DNA from: Patescibacteria group bacterium
GTDB lineage: Bacteria; Patescibacteriota; Minisyncoccia; Phycocordibacterales; UBA9973
Reading direction: 5' to 3'
DNA: 64,000 nucleotides
Assembly (NCBI GenBank): GCA_028868715.1
Contig: JAGWUB010000002.1
Coordinates: 8,430-72,429 of the forward strand
How positions within the stretch are numbered: the first letter of the stretch is position 1; each line of letters begins with the position of its first letter. Below the pieces are notes generated by a model that was given only the letters and a program-made list of their open reading frames with translations, was not told the origin of the DNA and ran no database searches. A program made the translations under genes and the position numbers. Shown here piece by piece: positions 7,852 to 18,547 of this stretch.

Positions 7852-10663
7852 GAAAATTGAAAAAAAATGGCAAAATATTTGGGAGAAAAAGGGAGTTTAT
7901 CATGCCGATGATAAATCTAAGAAACCCAAGTATTATACTTTAATTGAATTCCCATATCCTTCCGGTGATGGCCTTCATGTAGGACACCCTAGGCCGTACA
8001 TAGGTATGGATGTTATTTCTAGAAAAAGACGAATGCAAGGGTACAACGTACTTTACCCGATAGGTTGGGACGCCTTTGGATTGCCGACAGAAAACTATGC
8101 CATAAAGACTGGTAAGGATCCCAGAGTGGTTACCAAGAAAAATACTGACACTTTTAGAAAACAAATAAAGTCTTTAGGGGTTTCCTTTGATTGGTCACGA
8201 GAAATTAATACCACTGACCCAAAATATTATAAATGGACCCAATGGATATTTTTACAATTTTATAAAAAGGGCTTAGCTTATAAGGCTAAGATGACCATTA
8301 ATTGGTGCCCAAAGGATAAAATAGGTTTAGCCAACGAAGAAGTGATAAATGGGTGTTGCGAGAGGTGTGGCACACCAGTTGAAAAGCGAGAGAAAGAACA
8401 GTGGATGCTGGGCATTACTAAATATGCTGAGAGATTGGATAAAGATTTAGATACCGTTGATTATTTACCACAAATAAAAATAGGGCAGAGGAATTGGATA
8501 GGGAAGTCTGTGGGCGCAGAGATAGAATTTAAAATATCTTCAACCAACGAAAGTATAAAAGTATTCACCACTCGACCAGACACTATTTTCGGCGCTACAT
8601 TTATTGCGTTAGCTCCTGAGGTGGCAAAGAAAATAACAGGTAAAGATTTTGGCATAAAAGTAGATACCGATCGAGAGAATAAAGAAAAAATTGGTATAGA
8701 TACTGGGTTGAAGGCTAAAAATCCTGCGAGCGGTGAACAAATACCCGTATTCGTAGTCAATTATGTATCCGCAGATTATGGCACAGGAGCTATAATGGGA
8801 GTACCGGCGCACGATGAAAGAGATTTTGAATTTGCGAAAAAATATAATTTACCAATTATAGATGTGGTAATACCCATTAGAGTTGATAATACCAATCCTC
8901 ATATTTCTGGTAAAAAAATTGTTGAAAGAAAAGCTGTTCAAGCAATAATTAGAAATCCAAAAAATGGAAAAATTCTTTGTTTAAATTGGAAGGCTCATCC
9001 ATGGACTACGTTTGTGGTTGGTGGAGTGGAAAAAGGAGAAGATATTCTAGAAGCCGCAAGACGAGAAGTGTTAGAAGAAACAGGTTATAAAAATATAAAA
9101 TTTATAAGAGTATTAGGTGGCCAAGTAAGAAGTGAGTTTTTTGCAGCACATAAAGACGAAAATAGAGTTGCATATTTTAATGCTATTTTATTTGAACTAG
9201 AGAACGAAGATAGGATCGAAGTTTCAAGAGAAGAAATTGAAAAACATGAAGTTGTATGGAAGGACCCAAAAGATATTCGTTCTGATACTATGCAATGTGG
9301 AGAGCTAGATATTTGGCTTGAAAGACTAAAAAATGAAAACGCTGTTAATGCAGAGAATGGTATTCTAACTAACTCTGGAAAATTTAATGGCATGGACAGT
9401 GAAAATGCTAAGAAGGAAATCATTAAATTTGTTGGTGTAGAGGAAAAAACAACCTTCAAGCTTCGGGATTGGATATTCTCTAGACAGAGGTACTGGGGTG
9501 AACCAATACCTATTATTCATTGTAGTAAATGTGGTATGGTTCCAGTTCCTGAAAAAGATTTGCCCGTAGAGCTTCCTAAGGTAAAAAATTATCAGCCGAC
9601 GGATAGTGGCGAATCACCACTGGCCAATATTTCTAAATGGGTCAATGTAAAATGTCCAAAGTGTAAAGGGGGAGCATTGAGGGAGACAGATACTATGCCA
9701 AACTGGGCAGGCTCAAGCTGGTATTACCTTAGATATACAGACCCTAAAAATAAAAATGCATTTGCTGACAAGAAAAATTTGAAATACTGGACACCAGTAG
9801 ATTGGTACAACGGTGGCAACGAACACACCACGCTTCATCTTTTATATTCTCGTTTTTGGCACAAATTTCTGTATGATTTAAAGCTCGTACCAACTTCCGA
9901 GCCGTACATGAAGCGTACTTCTCATGGCATGATTCTCGGTGAAGGGGGAGTAAAGATGTCTAAATCAGTCGGCAACGTCATCAACCCAAACGAAATCGTA
10001 AAAATATATGGAGCCGATACAATGCGAGTTTACGAAATGTTTATGGGGCCGTTCGATCAGTCTGTGGCTTGGAGTGACGAAGCGATCATAGGTCCACGAA
10101 GATTTTTAGAAAAAGTTTGGAAGTTGGGGGAGCTGGTAGAGAAAAATTCAGTCCGTGTCGGAGCCCGCTTGCGGGTAAAGCGGCGTGATTTTTCTCTACC
10201 AGATTCCACTATAGCTAAACTCTTAAACAAGACAATAAAAAAAGTTTCTGAAGATATAGAAGCTATGCATTTCAATACCGCCATTTCTGCAATGATGATA
10301 CTTGCTACAGAAATGCAAAAATCAGAATCTGTTTCAGAAAAAGATTTCAAAATGTTTTTACAAATTTTAGCCCCATTCGCACCACACATTACCGAAGATC
10401 TCTGGCAGACACTCGGAGAGAAAAAATCTATCGATCTTTCCGTTTGGCCCAAGTGGGATGAAAATTTAATTCAAGACGAAGAGGTGACCATAATAGTTCA
10501 AGTAAATGGCAAAGTACGCGGACAATTTAAAGCTTCTGTAGACATAAGTGAGGCTGAAGCTAAAAGCAAAGCAGAGAATTTACCAGAAGTTAGGAAATGG
10601 ATAACCACAGGTGTCAAGAGGTTTGTGTTTATCCCCAGAAAACTTATTAACATTGTAGTTTAG
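7832..10663 (+). CDS. leuS: leucine--tRNA ligase with inserted Nudix domain
   Basis: FPYPSGDGLHVGH, FTTRPDT, GTGAIMGVPAHD, KMSKS; Nudix box GGVEKGEDILEAARREVLEETG. Confidence 0.97.
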   Translation: MHKYDHKKIEKKWQNIWEKKGVYHADDKSKKPKYYTLIEFPYPSGDGLHVGHPRPYIGMDVISRKRRMQGYNVLYPIGWDAFGLPTENYAIKTGKDPRVVTKKNTDTFRKQIKSLGVSFDWSREINTTDPKYYKWTQWIFLQFYKKGLAYKAKMTINWCPKDKIGLANEEVINGCCERCGTPVEKREKEQWMLGITKYAERLDKDLDTVDYLPQIKIGQRNWIGKSVGAEIEFKISSTNESIKVFTTRPDTIFGATFIALAPEVAKKITGKDFGIKVDTDRENKEKIGIDTGLKAKNPASGEQIPVFVVNYVSADYGTGAIMGVPAHDERDFEFAKKYNLPIIDVVIPIRVDNTNPHISGKKIVERKAVQAIIRNPKNGKILCLNWKAHPWTTFVVGGVEKGEDILEAARREVLEETGYKNIKFIRVLGGQVRSEFFAAHKDENRVAYFNAILFELENEDRIEVSREEIEKHEVVWKDPKDIRSDTMQCGELDIWLERLKNENAVNAENGILTNSGKFNGMDSENAKKEIIKFVGVEEKTTFKLRDWIFSRQRYWGEPIPIIHCSKCGMVPVPEKDLPVELPKVKNYQPTDSGESPLANISKWVNVKCPKCKGGALRETDTMPNWAGSSWYYLRYTDPKNKNAFADKKNLKYWTPVDWYNGGNEHTTLHLLYSRFWHKFLYDLKLVPTSEPYMKRTSHGMILGEGGVKMSKSVGNVINPNEIVKIYGADTMRVYEMFMGPFDQSVAWSDEAIIGPRRFLEKVWKLGELVEKNSVRVGARLRVKRRDFSLPDSTIAKLLNKTIKKVSEDIEAMHFNTAISAMMILATEMQKSESVSEKDFKMFLQILAPFAPHITEDLWQTLGEKKSIDLSVWPKWDENLIQDEEVTIIVQVNGKVRGQFKASVDISEAEAKSKAENLPEVRKWITTGVKRFVFIPRKLINIVV
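10133..10202. repeat. GC-rich palindromic element within leuS
   Basis: 15-bp perfect inverted repeat ctggtagagaaaaat/atttttctctaccag enclosing tccg-tgt-cgga and cccgc-tt-gcggg hairpins. Confidence 0.8.
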
Positions 10664-10681
10664 GTATAGTACAATAGACCT

Positions 10682-12787
10682 ATGTATTCAAATATATTTC
10701 ATAGGATTTCTTTATTATCACTTTTTGTAGTTGTAGTATTATTACCAATATTTTTCTTGCCTTTTGTTAATGTTTCAATTGAAACTGGCAAAGGACTATT
10801 TTTAGTAGTTGGTCTTCTGGTTTCAGTAATTCTTTGGATAATTGTTAGATTTTCTGACGGAAAAATTGGATTACCAAGGTCTATGGTTCTTGCTGCCGGC
10901 GGAGGCATTGTCTTAGTTTCTCTTTTGTCATCTCTTTTCTCCGGAGCACTCGGTGCAACTCTTTTTGGTACAATGTTTGACGTCGGTACTTTTTGGTTTA
11001 TTTTTGCCTGTTTTCTTTTAATGCTGATATCTTCTATTATTTTCCGCGATCCTAAAAATTCCAGAATAGTTTTATTTGGGACAATACTTTCCTCTGGTGT
11101 ACTTTTAATTTTCCAAGTATTACATTTATTTTTAGCTAAGTTCTTATCTCTAGGAGTTTTAGCAAGTAAAACTGATAATCTTTTAGGTTCTTGGAACGCA
11201 CTTGGTATTTTTGCTGGTTTCTTTGTTGTATCCTCGCTGTTTGCGATTGAGTTTTTCCCGATTGCTAAAAGATTGAAAATAATATTAGGAGCATTGACTA
11301 TATTTTCAACATTATTGATTGCGATTGTTAACTTTGTTTTAGTATGGGAAATTCTAGGTATCTTTGCTTTGCTTATCTTTGTGTACAAGATTTCTATTAA
11401 CGCCAACCAAATGCAAGGTGAGACTAAAGTTCAATTCCCAATCTTTTCTTTTGTGATAGTTTTGTTATCTCTCTTCTTCTTTATGTCATCTAGTTTTATC
11501 GGGGGATTTTTGCCTACAAAATTAGGAGTAATCAACAATGAGGTCAGCCCATCCTTTACATCTACAATGTCTGTAACCAAATCAGTTATTCAAGCAAGCC
11601 CAATTTTTGGTATAGGTCCAAATAGATTTGGAGATGCTTGGGCGCTTTATAAACCCACCATTATAAATTCTAGTCAGTTTTGGGATGTAGCCTTTAATTC
11701 TGGTTCTGGTTTGATACCGACATTGACTGCTACTACCGGAATACTCGGCATTCTTAGTTGGCTTGTTTTTCTCGTACTATTTATTTTTACGGGTGTTAAA
11801 TGGCTATTCTTTAGTATAAAAAATAACGTGAGTCTAGAAACCGTATCCTTCTTCTTCCTATCTCTTTACTTGTTTATTTCTTCTTTCTTTTACTTCACTG
11901 GTACGGTCATATTCCTGCTCGCCTTTGTATTTGCCGGAGTGTTTATCGGGTTAGTTTCTTCAACTCGTAAAAATGGGGAAATCTCTATGTCATTTTTCGA
12001 TGATCATCGAAAGAGTTTTTTCTTCATGCTTTTCCTTATCATATTAATGATTGCTTCCGCTGCAATTGGCTTTAATTATATTCAACGTTTCGTTTCTGTT
12101 CCTTACTTCACAAAAACACTTTCCACAGGAAGTGTACCAGAGGCAGAAACTTCAATAAACAAAGCTTTGTTGTTAAATTCTAATGATTTATACCTTCGAA
12201 CCTATGCGCAAGTATATCTGGCTAAATTAAATGCCATAGTTTCTAAAGGATCAGCTACTTTATCTGACGCAGACAAAGCGGATCTACAAAGTTCTTTTGA
12301 TCAAGCTGTAAATGGTGCACAACTAGCGACAGTCTACGATTCAAAGAATTACCTAAATTTCCAAATGCTAGGATCAGTATTTCAAACCGCGGGTTTGATC
12401 GGAGTGAAAGATGCTTACAGTAAAGCGCTGGATGCGTATAAAAAAGCTTCAGAACTAAATCCAGCTAATCCAAGAATAAAACTTCTTTTGTCCAATGTCT
12501 CTGGCGCCCTTAATCAAACACAAGACGCAAAAACTTACGCCAATCAGGCGCTGACCCTAAAGCCAGACTATATTGATGCCTTGATTACTTTGGCTCAGAT
12601 ATCAAAAAATGAAGGTGATATCACCACAGCAATTTCGTATGCTGAACAAGCCCTTGCAATATCTCCAACCAATAAAGATCTAATAAACTATGTGGATTCT
12701 TTGAAAAACGGAACTTATGCTAACACACCAGCTCCGACAACAGATACTACAACCACAACCCCAACACCTACTCCAAAAAAGAGATAG
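10682..12787 (+). CDS. polytopic membrane protein (O-antigen ligase-like) with C-terminal TPR repeats
   Basis: About 12 TM helices, PIFGIGPNRF motif, TPR helices (ALTLKPDY, ALAISPTN). Confidence 0.75.
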   Translation: MYSNIFHRISLLSLFVVVVLLPIFFLPFVNVSIETGKGLFLVVGLLVSVILWIIVRFSDGKIGLPRSMVLAAGGGIVLVSLLSSLFSGALGATLFGTMFDVGTFWFIFACFLLMLISSIIFRDPKNSRIVLFGTILSSGVLLIFQVLHLFLAKFLSLGVLASKTDNLLGSWNALGIFAGFFVVSSLFAIEFFPIAKRLKIILGALTIFSTLLIAIVNFVLVWEILGIFALLIFVYKISINANQMQGETKVQFPIFSFVIVLLSLFFFMSSSFIGGFLPTKLGVINNEVSPSFTSTMSVTKSVIQASPIFGIGPNRFGDAWALYKPTIINSSQFWDVAFNSGSGLIPTLTATTGILGILSWLVFLVLFIFTGVKWLFFSIKNNVSLETVSFFFLSLYLFISSFFYFTGTVIFLLAFVFAGVFIGLVSSTRKNGEISMSFFDDHRKSFFFMLFLIILMIASAAIGFNYIQRFVSVPYFTKTLSTGSVPEAETSINKALLLNSNDLYLRTYAQVYLAKLNAIVSKGSATLSDADKADLQSSFDQAVNGAQLATVYDSKNYLNFQMLGSVFQTAGLIGVKDAYSKALDAYKKASELNPANPRIKLLLSNVSGALNQTQDAKTYANQALTLKPDYIDALITLAQISKNEGDITTAISYAEQALAISPTNKDLINYVDSLKNGTYANTPAPTTDTTTTTPTPTPKKR

Positions 12788-12790
12788 CAG

Positions 12791-14470
12791 ATGAATAAGA
12801 TACTGAGGATTCTTGGCAAAGAATATGGGAATGTAAACCAGGCAGCACTTCTCTTAGGTATTTTTGCCTTTCTTTCGCAGATTTTAGCACTTTTCCGTGA
12901 TCGGTTCATGGCGCATTTTATTGGTCCTTCACCCACACTGGATGCTTATTATGCTGCTTTTCGTGTCCCAGACTTGATCTTTATCTCCATAGCCTCCCTA
13001 GCTTCTATCACGGTGCTCATCCCTTTTTTGGTGGAAAAAATGGATGATGGAAAAGTAACCCCTAAAGCTCAGAAATTTTTGAATGAAGTTTTCACTATTT
13101 TTTTTCTTACGATGATCTTGGTTTCATTTGTAGTTTTTTTACTTTTACCTATTCTGATACCATTTATCGCGCCAGGGTTTACTCCAGTTATGCAAGGAAA
13201 ATTAATTGTACTTTCACGCATAATGTTACTTTCTCCTATATTGATGGGACTTTCAAATCTCTTTGGCACGGTAACTCAGCTTTTTCGTAAATTTTTTATT
13301 TATTCCTTAAGCCCAATTCTTTATAACATCGGAATTATTATCGGAGTTGTGTTTATCTATCCTATCTTTGGAGTTTATGGTTTAGCCATCGGCGTTGCCC
13401 TCGGAGCCTTGATGCACTTTACTGTGCAAATACTTGCTTCATATAGCTGTGGATTCGTACCCAAGTTCTCAATATCTGTAAATTTTAAGGAAATAAAAAA
13501 AGTTGCGATGATTTCACTTCCACGCACCCTTGGTTTGTCTTTTAACAATATTGCCCTTATTTCCATAATTGCATTCGCGTCTTTTCTAAAGAGTGGTTCA
13601 ATATCTATCTATAATTTTGCGGACAATCTCCAATCTGTACCACTAAACATTATTGGCATATCATATGCTGTAGCTGCTTTTCCAACATTAACTAAATCAA
13701 TTTCTCTAGGAAAAATGGACGACTTTAGAAAACATTTAAAATCTGCCGCTCGGGCTATTACGTTTTGGTCAATCCCGGTTATCTTTCTTTTTATTGTTGT
13801 TCGTGCACAAATCGTGCGTGTGATACTTGGATCGGGATCATTTTCCTGGGACAACACCCGCCTAGTCGCGGCTTGTTTGGCCATCTTTTCAGTATCAATT
13901 TTGGCTCAGGGAATTACTACACTACTTTCTCGTGCCTATTATGCCAATGGCGACACCAAACGTCCCCTTATAGTTAATTTTTCTTGCTCAATATTAATTG
14001 TAATTTTGTCCTATATATTTATTCACTTTTTTGAAACCATGCCAATGTTACGGTACTTTATAGAATCAATGCTAAAAGTTAATGATATTCCGGGTACGGA
14101 AGTATTGATGTTGCCACTCGCATATTCTGCAGGTACTATTTTGAATGCAGTACTACACTGGTATTTTGTTCGTAAAGATTTTATGCACGGTGAATCTTTT
14201 ATTACGACTACTTTCTTTCAGAGCTTGGGAGCATCATTTTTCTTGGGCCTAGTCGCTTACTTGAGTTTAAATATTCTTGCGCCATTTTTTGGCACGACCA
14301 CTTTTTTAGGAGTGTTTTTGCAAGGATTTTTATCTGGACTTTTGGGTATAGCAGCCGCAATTTTAATATTACATTTACTTAAAAATCAGGAGTTAAAGGA
14401 TGTTCTAAAAACTCTTAAAACTAAGTTCTGGGATGTAAAAGTCATAGCACCATCCCAAGAAGAGCTGTAG
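12791..14470 (+). CDS. murJ: lipid II flippase MurJ
   Basis: RDR..A..G....DAYYAAFRVPD, NLQSVPLNIIG, RAYYANGDTKRP. Confidence 0.9.
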   Translation: MNKILRILGKEYGNVNQAALLLGIFAFLSQILALFRDRFMAHFIGPSPTLDAYYAAFRVPDLIFISIASLASITVLIPFLVEKMDDGKVTPKAQKFLNEVFTIFFLTMILVSFVVFLLLPILIPFIAPGFTPVMQGKLIVLSRIMLLSPILMGLSNLFGTVTQLFRKFFIYSLSPILYNIGIIIGVVFIYPIFGVYGLAIGVALGALMHFTVQILASYSCGFVPKFSISVNFKEIKKVAMISLPRTLGLSFNNIALISIIAFASFLKSGSISIYNFADNLQSVPLNIIGISYAVAAFPTLTKSISLGKMDDFRKHLKSAARAITFWSIPVIFLFIVVRAQIVRVILGSGSFSWDNTRLVAACLAIFSVSILAQGITTLLSRAYYANGDTKRPLIVNFSCSILIVILSYIFIHFFETMPMLRYFIESMLKVNDIPGTEVLMLPLAYSAGTILNAVLHWYFVRKDFMHGESFITTTFFQSLGASFFLGLVAYLSLNILAPFFGTTTFLGVFLQGFLSGLLGIAAAILILHLLKNQELKDVLKTLKTKFWDVKVIAPSQEEL

Positions 14471-14528
14471 ATTACTTTTCAGCCTTTGAATTATTGGTTT
14501 TTTCGGCTTTTTCTGCTAGAATTATAAA

Positions 14529-16286
14529 ATGTTTGTAAAAAAGATTTTTCAGCATATTTGGCCACGAATAATGAAATATAAATGGTCATTTTTCCTGACC
14601 TTTGTATTTTATGCATTTAGGGTTTTATTTGATTCAGTCCTAAAGACTCTTTATTTTAAAAAAATCATTGATGTGTTATCAATCCCAGGAATAAACAAAG
14701 CAGCATTTTCAACTGTTCTTATTCATCTCGTAATTATCAACATTTTGATTTTAGTGGGAGGGTATGTTTTTTCACGTCTGGGATCTTGGTGTATAGTTTA
14801 TTTTCAAAATAATGTAATGCGTGAACTTGCCGATTATTCTTTTGGCAAGATGATCAATCATTCATATAATTTTTTCTCAAACCGCTTTACGGGTAGCCTA
14901 GTCACAAAATCAAGGCGCTTTGTTCGTGCCTTTGAAGTGATGCACGATACTCTCATCTTTAATTTTTGGATGACCTTTATTACCTTGCTTGGTATTTTCG
15001 TGGTTTTATTTATCCAGGCTCCCACGATTGCCATTGTCTTTTTCGTTTGGGTTATTTTATATCTGATAATAATTTCTTTCTTTATCAGAAGAAGAATGAG
15101 ATACGATATTATTAAAGCAGAAGCTGATTCTAGGGTGGGGGGAAGATTGGCAGACGTTTTTTCAAACATCTTTGCCCTAAAAGTTTTTTCGGCCAAAGAA
15201 CGTGAAAAAACTTCTTTTGGTAAAGTAACTGAAAACGAACAATATCACCGTGGTAACTCATGGTATTTTGGAAACAAACAAGATGCCTTGCAGGCTGGGT
15301 TGATGACTGCTGTGCAGGCAGTCGTGTTGTATATAATAATAAAATTTTGGTTGGCAGGTACGATGAGTACTGGTACAGTTGTCCTAATTCAGATATATAT
15401 GGTATCTGTGTTTGATAGATTGTGGGACTTGGGTAAGGCGCTGACAAGATTTATGGAATCCGTTGCCGACATGAAAGAAGTTATAGATATTTTTGAAATT
15501 CAACCAGATATTTTAGATCCCCAAAATCCAGAAAAATCAAAAATGACACTAGGGAACATAGAGTTTGATAACATTAATTTTCGCTATGGTTCAGGGAACA
15601 AGGTTTTAAGTAATTTTAATTTGAAAATATCCGCAGGTGAAAAAGTTGGCTTGATCGGACATTCTGGTGCTGGTAAATCAACTATCACTAAACTTCTTTT
15701 AAGGTTTGTGGATGTGTCTTCTGGGAGCATAAAAATTGATAATCAAGATATACGCAATGTAACTCAAGACGACTTACGGAATGCGATTTCCTATGTACCC
15801 CAAGAACCAATGCTTTTTCATCGCACTATTAGCGAAAACATAACTTATGGCAAGCCGGATGCGACAGAGGAAGAAATAATTTCTGCGGCTCGTCGCGCTC
15901 ATGCACATGAATTTATTTCTACACTGCAAAATGGATATGATACGCTCGTAGGGGAGCGAGGCGTGAAGCTCTCTGGCGGAGAACGTCAACGGATTGCCAT
16001 CGCGAGGGTAATGCTTACTCATACACCTATTTTAATTTTAGATGAAGCTACTAGCTCTCTCGATAGTGTTAGTGAATCTTATATTCAAGATGCCTTTAAT
16101 GAACTTATGAAAGGTAAAACTACAATAATCATAGCCCACCGACTTTCCACCATTCAAAAAATGGATAGAATTATTGTTTTAGACAATGGTCACATAGTGG
16201 AAGAGGGAACGCATAAAGAGCTTTTAAAAAAAGGTGGCATATATGCCGATCTTTGGGATCACCAAACCGGTGGATTTTTAGATTAA
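14529..16286 (+). CDS. ABC exporter, fused permease/ATPase
   Basis: N-terminal TMD; GHSGAGKST, LSGGERQR, ILDEATS, IAHRLST. Confidence 0.93.
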   Translation: MFVKKIFQHIWPRIMKYKWSFFLTFVFYAFRVLFDSVLKTLYFKKIIDVLSIPGINKAAFSTVLIHLVIINILILVGGYVFSRLGSWCIVYFQNNVMRELADYSFGKMINHSYNFFSNRFTGSLVTKSRRFVRAFEVMHDTLIFNFWMTFITLLGIFVVLFIQAPTIAIVFFVWVILYLIIISFFIRRRMRYDIIKAEADSRVGGRLADVFSNIFALKVFSAKEREKTSFGKVTENEQYHRGNSWYFGNKQDALQAGLMTAVQAVVLYIIIKFWLAGTMSTGTVVLIQIYMVSVFDRLWDLGKALTRFMESVADMKEVIDIFEIQPDILDPQNPEKSKMTLGNIEFDNINFRYGSGNKVLSNFNLKISAGEKVGLIGHSGAGKSTITKLLLRFVDVSSGSIKIDNQDIRNVTQDDLRNAISYVPQEPMLFHRTISENITYGKPDATEEEIISAARRAHAHEFISTLQNGYDTLVGERGVKLSGGERQRIAIARVMLTHTPILILDEATSSLDSVSESYIQDAFNELMKGKTTIIIAHRLSTIQKMDRIIVLDNGHIVEEGTHKELLKKGGIYADLWDHQTGGFLD

Positions 16287-16359
16287 ACAAACTGGACAAA
16301 ATAGAAAAAAAGTAGTATTGTGACTTTGGAAAAGTATACTCTTTAGGAGGAAGGTGTAT

Positions 16360-16494
16360 ATGTTTTGGATGATAGTTGAAGTTGCGTTAGGTGTTGTCGT
16401 TGCATCTGTAATCTACTTTTTTATCTTCGTTGGGCGGATTGTTAGTCGTGGCACAAGGGCGCAACGATTGATCGACGAACATTTCGACAGATAG
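16360..16494 (+). CDS. 44-aa single-TM orphan protein (not in ORF track)
   Basis: MFWMIVEVALGVVVASVIYFFIFVGRIVSRGTRAQRLIDEHFDR; AGGAGG SD, TGGACA-17-TATTGT promoter, downstream hairpin. Confidence 0.65.
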   Translation: MFWMIVEVALGVVVASVIYFFIFVGRIVSRGTRAQRLIDEHFDR

Positions 16495-16515
16495 ACCGTG
16501 AATCAATCGCGGACA

Positions 16516-16553
16516 AAATGGCTTCTTGAACAATATGTTTCGAGGAGCCATTT
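16516..16553 (+). terminator. hairpin/terminator
   Basis: aaatggcttcttgaa...ttcgaggagccattt. Confidence 0.6.
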
Positions 16554-16599
16554 AAACTTTATGCTGAAATTTTATAGGTTTTCTGTTAATATAGAATAA

Positions 16600-18402
16600 A
16601 TGGATTTAAAACACATACGAAATTTTTCAATTATAGCCCACATAGACCATGGTAAAAGTACCTTGGCTGATAGAATGCTGGAAATTACCCACACAGTGCC
16701 AGAGCGTAAAATGCGTGATCAAATGCTGGATTCCATGGAGCTGGAGCGTGAGCGAGGTATTACTATCAAGATGCAACCAGTTCGCATGGAATACGTTTTA
16801 AACGGTGAAAAATACATTTTAAACCTCATAGACACTCCAGGGCATATAGACTTCTCTTACGAGGTCTCAAGGGCTTTAAAGGCCGTAGAAGGCTCTATTT
16901 TACTGATTGACTCTACGCAGGGTGTACAGGCACAAACGCTTACCACGCTCGCTTTAGCGCGCGAGGGAGGCCTAAAAATAATCCCAGTACTATCCAAAAT
17001 AGATTCTCCACTCGCCAGAACAACTGATATAAAAGAAGAAGTAGTAAAGCTTTTAAATTGTGATCCAAATGAAATTTTATTAGTTTCTGGCCGCACCGGC
17101 GAAGGAGTAGAGAATCTTTTAAAAGAAGTTGTAAAGCAAATACCAGAGCCAAAAGAAACCCATAAAGGGGAGAACGTTTTACGGGCACTTGTTTTTGATT
17201 TTAAATATTCAAATCATCGTGGAGTAATTGTATTTGTGCGAGTACTTGATGGAAAAGTAAGGAAAGGTGATAGCTTACTTTTTGCGGTTTCGGGGGAAAA
17301 GTTTACTGCTCTTGAAGTCGGAACTTTCTCTCCAGAGGAAACTCCACGTGACTATCTCTCTGCTGGAGACACGGGGTATATAGTCACCGGTATCAAGAAA
17401 CCAGGCATAGCATCCGTCGGAGACACAATTACAATTTCTAAAAATCCACTTCCTGCTTTTCCGGGGTATATGCAACCTCTCCCAGTAGTCTGGGCTAGTG
17501 TATTTCCTGAAGATGCAGATGATTTTGCAGAATTAAAACTAGCCTTGGGTAAATTAAAGCTCTCAGACTCGGCTTTTTCATATGAGGAAGAATCTTCAGG
17601 ATCTTTAGGTAAAGGATTTCGCTGTGGATTTTTAGGGATGTTACATTTAGAAATTATTACTGAACGCTTAAAACGCGAGTTTAATCTACAGTTGGTAATT
17701 ACCACACCTTCAATTACTTATGAAGTTTTGATGAAAAACGGCAAACGAGAAAAAGTTTATTCACCCTATCATTTTCCAGATGATAGTAATGTGGAAAAAG
17801 TTTTTGAACCTTGGGTGACGATAAAGATAATAACTCCAGCAAATTATCTAGGGAGTATTATGCAACTCTTATTTGACCATGAATCTGAAATAGGCGAGAC
17901 GGAAAACTTTGGAGACAACCGTTCCTCTGTTTCTGTAAAAATGCCACTCCGCGAGCTGATGCGTAATTTTTTCGATGAGTTAAAAAGCACGTCTTCAGGG
18001 TACGGGTCTATCTCCTATGAAGTAGAGGGAATGCGTGAGGCCAATGTAACTAGGCTGGATATGCTAGTTGCCGATGAAGTAGTGCCAGCTTTCTCTAAAG
18101 TGATTTCTAGAAAAAGAGTAGAGATTGAAGCTGAAAAGGCAGTAGAAAAATTGCAAAAACTTTTGCCGAGGCAGATGTTTTCTTTGAAAATTCAAGGTAA
18201 GGCTCTGGGCCGAATTATTTCCTCACGCTCGCTTTCTGGTATGAAAAAGGACGTCACTCAACACATGTACGGTGGTGATATTACTCGAAAAATGAAACTT
18301 CGCGAGAAACAGAAAAAGGGTAAGAAGAAAATGAAAGAAAGAGGAAGAGTAAATATTCCCCAAGATGTATTCTTGAAGATGATGCGCACTGGCGAGAATT
18401 AA
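16600..18402 (+). CDS. lepA: elongation factor 4
   Basis: IRNFSIIAHIDHGKSTLADR, ERERGITIK, GFLGMLHLEI, YGGDITRK. Confidence 0.98.
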   Translation: MDLKHIRNFSIIAHIDHGKSTLADRMLEITHTVPERKMRDQMLDSMELERERGITIKMQPVRMEYVLNGEKYILNLIDTPGHIDFSYEVSRALKAVEGSILLIDSTQGVQAQTLTTLALAREGGLKIIPVLSKIDSPLARTTDIKEEVVKLLNCDPNEILLVSGRTGEGVENLLKEVVKQIPEPKETHKGENVLRALVFDFKYSNHRGVIVFVRVLDGKVRKGDSLLFAVSGEKFTALEVGTFSPEETPRDYLSAGDTGYIVTGIKKPGIASVGDTITISKNPLPAFPGYMQPLPVVWASVFPEDADDFAELKLALGKLKLSDSAFSYEEESSGSLGKGFRCGFLGMLHLEIITERLKREFNLQLVITTPSITYEVLMKNGKREKVYSPYHFPDDSNVEKVFEPWVTIKIITPANYLGSIMQLLFDHESEIGETENFGDNRSSVSVKMPLRELMRNFFDELKSTSSGYGSISYEVEGMREANVTRLDMLVADEVVPAFSKVISRKRVEIEAEKAVEKLQKLLPRQMFSLKIQGKALGRIISSRSLSGMKKDVTQHMYGGDITRKMKLREKQKKGKKKMKERGRVNIPQDVFLKMMRTGEN

Positions 18403-18547
18403 AACCTACTGTTTTAATCTAAAGATAGGGGAGTAAAGCAATATCATACTTAATATGATTAATATACTGATTACTGCCCAAATAATTTGAATCTTCTTTT
18501 GATGTTTTTTATTGAAAAGCATATAATACAATGTATCATATCACATT

